Of a stretch of 38,395 nt of DNA, positions 21,966 to 30,539 are shown in pieces; position 1 is the stretch's first letter; each line of letters begins with the position of its first letter. A program made the position numbers and the translations under genes. This stretch comes from Chiloscyllium plagiosum (Eukaryota), in the NCBI RefSeq assembly GCF_004010195.1, contig NW_025215162.1:1-38395 (forward strand), in the 5' to 3' direction. A model generated the notes under the pieces. That model had not been told where the DNA came from and made no database searches. It was given only the letters and a program-made list of their open reading frames with translations.

Positions 21966-22999
21966 AATTCAATCTCAATCTCATCAGTCACTGATAATCA
22001 ATAGCAGCATAGAAGTCAGCAGCTCCCATCGCCCCAGTTGGAAAGCAAAACGGGAAAGGGATGGCCAGAGGAAGTGGGAGTAACTGGGAAGTTGTGTGAC
22101 TTATGGTGGGAGCTGCAGACGAAGGGTGTTAAGGGAGATCATCAGTGGAAGAGTATGTAGCAACAGAAGGGGTAGGGCAAGGGAAGTATGAGCGTATGGT
22201 AAGAGTAGAAAGGAGGAAGAAGAATAGCAGATGAAGTTTTAGTGACAGGCAAAAGCTTATTTTTGGGGAAGTCTGATTGGGAGAGAAAACATCACTGTTC
22301 TGGAAAATCGAGATCTGGTTTCCATTCAAAATTAAGAAAAGTGTCCTTGTACTTTCTTTTCTCTCAGTTAATTCTTGTTCAAATTGCACATATATTCTAT
22401 ATTTCCATATCTCCATCAGCGCAGATTATTTTTTTCTCCCCTCCTGTGGTGACTGAACACTTTTGAATTTTTATTTGCTGTATGTATTTGCTTCCAATTC
22501 AAGGGAGATGTGAGACTGTGATTTGATCTCCTGCAGTTTGCCCATGATGTGGAATTTAATTGAATATTTATCCTCAGCACACTCGCTGATTTAAACAAAT
22601 AATGAATGAGTCCGTGTCCATCCTGCCGATGAATAATTTATTCAGCTCTGGCTATTGCAGGGAATGTTATAATGAACAGTGTCACACAAAATGCTAATGT
22701 TGCAGTGCCAGGTGCCAAACCCTACTTTATCCTAAATTATTCACAAGCTTCATGAATGAAACCTGCAGAGGGGCAGAGTATAACAACTGAATTCAACTCT
22801 GTGTCGAAAATGCTATTTGTGGCTCCCTCATAAAACATGTTCATTTCATCGCCCTGCAAATTCACCAAAATAGGAAAAGCAAGAGACACAAATTCGCAAA
22901 TCGTCCTCTGAATAACACCTATAGGACGGGATGGTTTGTTTGTGATATTCGTAAATGACGATGGTGAGAATGTGGAAGGTGGGGGAGCAGTGGAATGAA

Positions 23000-23480
23000 C
23001 AATAATGTCGTGGATGACACAAAAATGAGCTGGGTGTTTCACAGTCAGGAGGAAAGTTAGGTTACAGTACGATGGAAACAGATTATTCAAATAGCCAGAA
23101 CAATGACCGATGAAATTTAATACTTATAAACGTGGGATGATGCATGCCAGCAGTAACATGACAAGTGAAGACACAAACTATGAATGGAGAGGGCTAAATG
23201 TGCTCGCTTTTTTCTTTGCCGCAGGGAAGGCTGAGGAGGGAACCTGGAACAGGTGTACAAGTTCAGAAGGGTTATGGAAAGGATAAACAGACAGCAGCTG
23301 TTTCTCTTAATCGATGGGTCAAAAACAAAGGGTTACACTTTTAAAGTAAAAGGTAGGGGATTGAGAGGGCATTTGTGGAATGTGTTTCGAACTGAAAGGG
23401 TGTTTTGAATCTGAAATGCATTGCCTGGGAGGGTGGTTGAGACAGGTAATCTCACAAACGTGTCAAAAGCCTTTGTATGT
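23000..23480 (+). mobile_element. Old, internally deleted CR1 LINE ORF2 fragment
   Basis: Decayed motifs: GATGACACAAAA (DDTK), ATGAAATTTAAT...ATGATGCAT (MKFN...MH), CTGTTTCTC...AAAACAAAGGGT (LF...KTKG), AATGCATTGCCTGGGAGGGTGGTTGAG (NALPGRVVE). Many stops and indels. Confidence 0.7.
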
Positions 23481-24189
23481 GCACTTGCTGGCGCAGACAT
23501 GATAGACGTTTTCTTCGTTGCATGATTCTGTGCGGTGGAATCCATGAACATGAGCAATAAACAATGGCAGTCGCTAGTTTGTGCCTTTTACTGGATTCAG
23601 TAAATTGCTAAATTACAAACCAGCATCATCTCATGAAGCTTCTGCACCTACTCAACCTACGGCATCCCAGCCATCTCTGGGAAAATCCAGGATAAATCAC
23701 ATTCTCTGTGCAAGTATTGTCCAAAAACAGGGTGAACATTATTCCAGCTATTTGCCACCATTATTATAGCTACAACAATATCATGCACACGACTTTTCCT
23801 TCAATATAATACTATACGGGTGGTATTTCTCTGAAGCATAATAAATTCATTCCCACGTATTCACTTTGACAAACAACAACTTTTCCTCTGTTTTGCTGCC
23901 AGTTGTTTATCACAGAATTCCCCACCGCACTCTACCCGACCTCTTTCCCCTTTAATATATTCTTGTGCACTGGCTTCCTGATCTCACACACCTCACTCCC
24001 TCACATCCGGCACACTCTCCATCCTTATTTGTTAATAAGGAAAACCTGCGCCACGTTTCGATTATTAATTCCAACCTCCAGCTCACATTTTGGACTGATT
24101 TGATTCCTTCTGTCAGCATGGTCATTACACTGACCGTGCCTCATGTCCTATTCACCTCTGCCTTCTGCTCAGTTATGATCTGCTGCTTT

Positions 24190-24455
24190 GGCTCTCACCC
24201 TCCTGGTGTATTCGTTTAAATTCATTCGACTTTCACCAGCAAACCTCTCCACAAGGACATTGTTGCTCTTCCGTTTTAGATGCAAACTGTCTTTTTTATA
24301 CATGTCCCACTTGCTCTGGAAGAGATACTAATGATCCAAAAATCTGAAACCCTCACCCCGAACTAGTTTTTTTCCCAACAACATGTTAAGCTATACTGTC
24401 TTCCTATTTCTGACCTCCTTTCCACATGGCACGGGGATTAATTCAGCGATTACAG
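24190..24455 (-). mobile_element. CR1 LINE ORF1 (SGNH/esterase-like domain) fragment
   Basis: Minus strand reads GTAATCGCTGAATTAATCCCCGTGCCATGTG (V-I-x-x-L-x-P-V-P) and GGTTTCAGATTTTTGGATCAT...GACATGTATAAAAAAGACAGTTTGCATCTA (GFRFLDH...DMYKKDSLHL). Confidence 0.72.
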
Positions 24456-24614
24456 AGGATTGTTCGGTCTCTCTCTTACGCACACATTCACACACGCACA
24501 AACTGAAAGACACCACATTGCAATGCAGATGAATACCAATAACCTTATAAATAATAAGAATGATAACTGGAATGAAGGATTTAGTTAAAGGAAGGATGAT
24601 TTAAATTACGTTTC

Positions 24615-25082
24615 TTCTGGATGTCAGTTTGCTCGCTGAGATGGAGAGTTCATTTTCGGACCTTTCATCACCATGTTCGGGAACATCATCAATGAGCCGG
24701 CTGTGAAGCACTGGTGTTATGTCCCACTTTCTATTTAAGTGTTTAGGTTTCCTTGAGTCGGTGATGCAATTTCCTGTGTTGGTGATGTCATGCCTGTTTT
24801 TTTTGTCTCAGAGAGTGGTGGATGGAGTCAAAATCGATGTGTTTGTTGATGGATTTCTGTTTGGAATACCATGCATCTCAGAGTTCTCGTGCGGGTCTCT
24901 ATTTGGCTTGTCCTCGGATAGATGTGAAGACCCAGTCAAAGTGAGGTACTTCCTCGTCTGTGTGTAAGGATACTAGTGATAGCGAATCATGTCTTTTTGT
25001 GGCGAGTTGATGTCCATGTATACTGATGTGTGTTTTCCTCCATGTTTTTCCGATGTAGTGGCCATTACAGTTTTTGAAAGGC
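24615..25082 (-). mobile_element. Penelope-like element fragment: GIY-YIG endonuclease C-terminal region plus terminal repeat
   Basis: Minus-strand translation ...CNGHYIGKTWRK...IHGHQLATKRHDSLSLVSLHTDE...FDW...IRGQAK*...AWYSKQKSINKHIDFD, followed by a non-coding end with a hammerhead-like core. Confidence 0.85.
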
Positions 25083-25179
25083 TTATTCTTTCTGGAGCAG
25101 AACCGACAAAGATGTGAACATATTGCGATGCTCAAAATTATGAAAATAATTTGTAGAGCAAGACAAGATTAACCTTTTT

Positions 25180-25480
25180 CCGTTAGTTGGCTTTATAGCA
25201 TCAATGTGTTCTAATTTCAAGATTGTCAGCAAAAGAGGCCGGAATGAGATAAGGAACGACTTCTTCATTGAGAGAGTTGTTATGAATTGGAATGGACTGT
25301 CTGGGTGAGTTGTGCATGAAAATTCAAAAGAGAACTGGATATATATTTGGAAATTATAAATGTAACAGGCTTCAGAGATAGGGCAGGCAATTTGCAGGTT
25401 CTTGGGAGACATTACTGGAACTGGTGCAGCCATATTGGCCAATGGCCTCCTCCCGTACTTTAAAGTTTTGTACTCTATCA
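25180..25480 (+). mobile_element. Old CR1 LINE 3' end
   Basis: TTCTTCATTGAGAGAGTTGTTATGAATTGGAATGGACTG (FFxxRVVxxWNxL), TTCAAAAGAGAACTGGAT (FKRELD), and a 3' UTR ending GGCCAATGGCCTCCTCCCGTAC. Confidence 0.75.
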
Positions 25481-26216
25481 TTTGTCTGATGCGAATAAAA
25501 GTCAGTATCTAATTATTTCCCAATTTAAATGCTCGCAAATATCTGATTATTTGGTCCAGCATAGCATTTAAAATGCAACTATTCAAGGTCAGCTTCATTA
25601 TGAAGTCTAATTATTACTCAGAACACGAATATTTTAAATGTTGTATTTCAATTACTAAAACAAATATGTCATAACTTTTGCACAATCTCTTTGAAAAGTT
25701 CTGATTTATCTCTCACACGATAATATGTTCATCATTTATCTTTCACTGTCCATATTTCATATTAAATATCATTCTCTCTAAAAATTGAAAGTTTCAAATT
25801 ATTGTTCACTAAAATGTAACAACACAAATCGTTTATTTAGTTTAATATTCACAGTGCATGTTGAAATATAGCCATTTGTAAATTGCTGGCAAATAGCTGA
25901 AGCTCTTACAGTTCAGTGAGAAGTTAAACTAAATGATTATATATAGATGTATAAGAACGTTAATTCTATTTGATTACTCATTCGTTTGCTCACTTTGAAC
26001 ATGTAATCATTCAGAAGCGAACCACTTTCAAAATGTTGGAGTGACAATGCATTGTTTTGAATCCTGACATTGAATATGTAATTTTGATCGCCAAAATAGT
26101 TAGATACCATGTTATTTGTCTGATACAAAATAAAATGTGCGTTCTTTATTTTTGTGTTACATAATATTGACAGGAGTTTATATTTTAGTTCCATGAATAT
26201 AGAATCAATCTAATTC

Positions 26217-26572
26217 TAGAGTCATAGAGATGTACAGCATGGAAACTGACCCTTCAGTCGAACCCGTCCATGCCGACCAGATATCCCAACCCAATCTCGT
26301 GTCACCTGCCAGCACCCGGCCCATATCCCTCCAAACCCTTCCTGTTCATATACCCATCCAAATGCCTCTTAAATGTTGCAATTGTACCAGCCTCCACCAT
26401 TTCCTCTGGCAGCTCATTCCATACACGTACCACCCTCTGCGTGAAAAGGATACCCCTTAGGTCTCTTTTATATCTTTCTCATCTCACCCTAAACCTATGC
26501 CCTCTAGTTCTGGACTCCCCAACACCAGGGAAAAGACTTTGCCTATTTTTCATATCCATGCCTCTCATAATT
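26217..26572 (-). mobile_element. 5'-truncated CR1/HER1-like LINE 3' end
   Basis: Minus strand reads IMRGMD...LFPGVGESRTRGHRFRVR*...FTQRVVRVWNELPEEMVEAGTIATFKRHLDGYM, followed by a 3' UTR and the tail CTCTATGACTCTA. Confidence 0.92.
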
Positions 26573-26917
26573 CTTTCCAGGGATTATAGTTCAGTTGAAT
26601 AATATTAGTTCACATACTATTTTTGCCCAATTCACAAAACATAGCAAACATATGATTAATACATTAGTCACCCAACAGATTATACCTGAAGAAAACAGCA
26701 GCAATGGCAATCAAGAATCACATTAATAACTGACCTTGGTAGATTCTGTCTGGTGTAGGTCAACACACATATTATACTGGCATTCAGGTGAAGTAACAAT
26801 TAACAACATAACTGGAGTTTTGGGGTAACACCCCTCCTCAGCTTCTTGATCTCACACACATCACTCCCTCACACATTCACCAGTTGATGAGAATACTCAA
26901 GTTGCGTGAAACACAAA

Positions 26918-28400
26918 TAATAGAACACTGCAGCACAGTACAGGCCCTTCGTTCCTGGACGTCCTGCCGACCTTTTATACTACTCTAAGATCACACTAAC
27001 CTACATACCCTTCATTGTACTATCATTCGTGTGCCTATCCAATATTCGCTTAAATAACCCTAACGCAGCTGACGGTATTACCGCTGCTGGCAGTGAATTC
27101 CAAGCACCCACCACTCTCGGTGTAAAGAACTGATATCTCCCCTAAACATTCCTTCAATCACTTTAAAATTATCACCCCCCCCCCCCCCCCACTTCATGGT
27201 AGCCACTCTATCTACGCCTCTCATAATCTTGTACACCTCTGTCAAGTCACCTCCATTCTTCATTGCACCAAGGAGAAAAGCCCTCGCTCCCGCAACATTT
27301 CTTTGTAAGACATGCCCTCCAGGCCAGGCATCATCTTTGTAAATATCCTCTGCACCCTCTCAAAAGCCTCAACGTCCTTCCAGTGATGGGTCGAATAGAA
27401 CTGAAGGCTCACCAGAGCTTTTTTGAGCTGCAGCATAACCTCGCGACTCTTAAATTCCATCCCGACTAATGAGAACATTATACTGCTTAACAGATTTATC
27501 AACTTGCGTGCAACTGTGAGGGTGCGATGACATAGACCACAATATCCCTCTGTTCCTCCACACTGCCAAGAACCCTGCCTTTCACCCTGTATTCTGCATT
27601 CAAGTTCAACCTTCCAAAATGAAACGCTTCGCGCTTATCCATGTTGACCTCCATCTGCCACTTATCAGCCCAGTACTGCATTCTGTCAATGATCCCTTTG
27701 CAACCTACAACAGCCCAACAACCTTTGTTACACAGTAAAAGTTACTAAAGTTCCAGTTCCCTTTATCATCCAAGTTACTTATAAAAATCACAAGCAGCAG
27801 AAGTCCCAGAACCGATTCCCGCTGAAACACCACTGGTCACCTAACTCCAAGCTGAATACTTTCCATGTTCTATCACCCTCGGTTTTCTATGAGCCAGACA
27901 ATTCTGTATCTATACTTTTATCAATGTGTTTGGTCCCATCCTGAAAGAATTCTGTAAGGTGTATGAAGCATGACCTGCCCCTTCCAAAGTCATGCTGACT
28001 ATCTTTAATCAAACTATGATTTTCTAAGTAATTGCACCCTCTCCAAAGCTTCCACATCTTTCCTAAAGTGAGGCGACCAGAACTGCACACAGTACTCCAA
28101 CTGTGGCCTAACCAAAGTCCTGTACAGCTGCAACATCACTTCACGACTCTTGAATTCAATCCCTCTGCTAATGAACGATAATACTCCATAGGCCTTCTTA
28201 CAAACTCTATCCACCTGAGTGGCAACCTTCAAAGATCTATGTACATAGACCCCAAGATCCCTCTGTTCCTCCACCTGACTTAGAACCCTACCATTAACCC
28301 TACCATTACAGCAATCTCTTCCCTCGCTTCCTGTAGCAACCACGGGTGAATCCTGCCTGGACCAGAGGATTTATCTATTCTTTGTTTGTACTTCCATCAG
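26918..28400 (-). mobile_element. Decayed CR1 LINE ORF2 (pre-RT region to 3' UTR) with internal deletions and an internal patch
   Basis: Motifs appear in order on the minus strand: IDKSSGPGRIHPWLLQEAREEIA (28310-28380), NYLENHSLIKDSQHDFGRGRSC, WADKWQMEVNMDK, EEQRD, EFKSREVMLQL, ERVQRIFTKMMPGL, GDLTEVYKIMRG, then a 3' UTR ending near 26920. Confidence 0.88.
28033..28307 (-). mobile_element. Well-preserved internal CR1 ORF2 segment embedded in the older CR1 copy
   Basis: Uninterrupted GRVLSQVEEQRDLGVYVHRSLKVATQVDRVCKKAYGVLSFISRGIEFKSREVMLQLYRTLVRPQLEYCVQFWSPHFRKDVEALERVQ, ending abruptly with no 3' UTR or tail. Confidence 0.88.
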
Positions 28401-28549
28401 TCTGTACTTCACCTCAACCTGTCTACACCCTGTCCAAACTACTGATTGCCTGCTTTCCTTTTTAGGGCTTTGTACAGTGCTGCCTTCCTGAGCAAGTACA
28501 GTTCCCAATGTCCTGTGAATCATGGAGTGGAAAAAATATGAACTCACCA

Positions 28550-28685
28550 ATGCCTTCCTGATGAAGGGATTACTCCCAAAGTTTTGATTCACCTTCTCCT
28601 CGGATTCTGCCTGACAGGCTGTGCTTTACCAGCGCCACATATTACTACTCTGATCTCCAGCAATTGCAGTCCTTACTTCCTCCAT
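28550..28685 (+). mobile_element. Terminal repeat fragment of a Penelope-like element with a decayed hammerhead core
   Basis: CCTGATGAAGGGATTACTCCCAAAG...CTCCTCGGATTCTGCCTGACAGGCTGTGCTTTACCAGCGCCACA...CTCTGATCTCCAGCAATTGCAGTCC. Reverse-complement relatives occur at 33425-33490 and 34150-34255. Confidence 0.65.
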
Positions 28686-28979
28686 CACTGGGGGCTGTCC
28701 CCTCTGCACATTGAGCAGGGAATTAATCTGCAGAAACTCATTGCATCTGGAGCTCAATGTTCAGTTCTGGACAGTTGCATTATATTAATACATTTATTAC
28801 AAAATAAATTACAATTCAACAAATATTCATTCAGTCCCAGAGTTACAGTTTTGCTTCATTAATTGGGCAGCGTGAAAACAGTATTCGAGGTGTTATATAC
28901 CAGGCTGGATATCCTTTATATTAATACTGGGAATATTATTGGACAGACAGATGTGATAAGGGAATAAGGTAACATGGGG

Positions 28980-30172
28980 AATTGTGACATTTTTGCCATC
29001 ACACAGATGTGTTTGAGGGTGGTCATGGCTGTAACTCAATATTCTATGGTACCTAACTATATGTAGGAAAGGAGAGGGGTTAAAGTAGAAGGTGATGTTG
29101 CTTAATTAGTTATGGAGGGTTGATAAATTGGAAGCATCTTCTAATGACGCTTCGTGAATAGAGGTTAGCATCAAACTAATGACAGGCACTCTGCTGCGGA
29201 TATATTATAGACTGCCAGATTAAATAAAATACAGGAGCAGATATATAATCAATTCACTGAGGTGTGTAAATCCAATAATAGGATCACTATTTTCAGGCAT
29301 TTCAATTCCAGACATTAATTAGGGCGGTGAATTATTTTAAGAGGGGAAACGTCTTGACATTTATTCCAGAGAACTTCTTATGTGAACACGTAGCAGTTAC
29401 AACAATGGGTGCCAGAAGAGTAGAGGACGTGTAGAGCTAAACTCAAGAAAGTAGGTAGAGGAGCAAAAGTGGGGTGGGGGTGGGGGTGTGTGATGAAAAC
29501 ATTAGCAGGCAATATTTTCAAGAATCCAAAGACACTTTATCTGTTTATTAAGGGTAAGAGGTTAACAAGAGAAAGAATAGGGAGTATTAGGGCCCGAGGA
29601 GGCAGCTTGTGCAAAGAGCCAGATAATATGTTAAACATGCACTACATATCGGTCTATGCTTTGGAGAAGCAGTTCGTGGAATCACTCTCAGTTCCTGATA
29701 GTGTGTCTTTGAGCAAATTAACACAGAAGCTGAGGAAGATTTGGAAGTTTATGCAGGATAAAAGTGGGCAAATCCCTAGATCCAGATGAATTGTACTTCT
29801 GCTGATGTGGAAAAGATGAGGGAAGAGATTACAGGTCATATACTTTGTGTTGTTTTTTATTTTGCCACTGGCCACGGAGGTGGTGTGATCGAATAGGACA
29901 ACATCTAATGTGGGTTCAACTTCCAACCAATGCTCGAAATAAAAGCCATTTGATTTAAGACTGCCGAGTCTCACAACAGTGGAAGGGAAACAATTGTAGA
30001 AAATTGGGAAGGATCACTAATTATCATCAAAGCTGAGGTGGACAGACGTTTAAACAAGGGTAATGGGGAAAACGCAGGAAAATGTAATTGAGGCTTAACA
30101 AAATAAATATATGCTAATTGAAAGGAAAAGCAGCCTCAGCGAGCGGATGGGCATACTGTTGCTCATATGACT
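28980..30172 (+). mobile_element. Old, heavily deleted CR1 LINE (pieces of endonuclease, linker, pre-RT region and 3' end)
   Basis: KTLAGNIFKNPKTLYLFIKGKRLTRERIGSIRARGGSLCKEP at 29500-29625, decayed YYRxP and xFN endonuclease motifs near 29200-29310, a PVSLT-like stretch near 29960 and a 3' UTR-like end near 30110-30170. Confidence 0.72.
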
Positions 30173-30539
30173 AATGGTAAACCTTTTCCAATAGCCTGTA
30201 TTAATTGGAATTTCAACCTCTCTCCCTCCGGAGTGAGACACGGTTTGGAATGCAATCAATAGTTTCAAGGAATTCATAAATGCAGTAATAATAGGCAGAA
30301 AAGACCAGAGTAATGCAAAAACGCGGATCGGATGTCGGGTTGAAGATCTGCATCGGTTCAGCCACCACTACAAGAATGACGACCTCCGCAAGATACCCTC
30401 CAAGCTCAAGAAGCGACCTGCTCTGAAGGACAGGTCATCATAGGCCTGGTCTCAAGGAGGATTTAAGGCCCTAACGCTGCATCAGTGTAGTGTTCCCCTC
30501 CTTCCCTCGCCAAAACGAATTATGGAGCGGTCGATTGAC

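Noticed and set aside
22129..23090. Short minus-strand ORFs in AT-rich unique sequence (also 25937-26194, and 36468-37093 on both strands)
   Set aside because: No recognisable domains, biased composition and no convincing splice structure.
26685..26735. Possible 49-nt mini-intron on the minus strand (AAG|GTCAGT...TTTTCTTCAG|)
   Set aside because: Too short for a typical vertebrate intron, and the flanking frames give no recognisable protein.
27175..27190. Poly-C run (and poly-G at about 31483-31497)
   Set aside because: Simple homopolymer expansions inside decayed CR1 copies; their lengths are unreliable.
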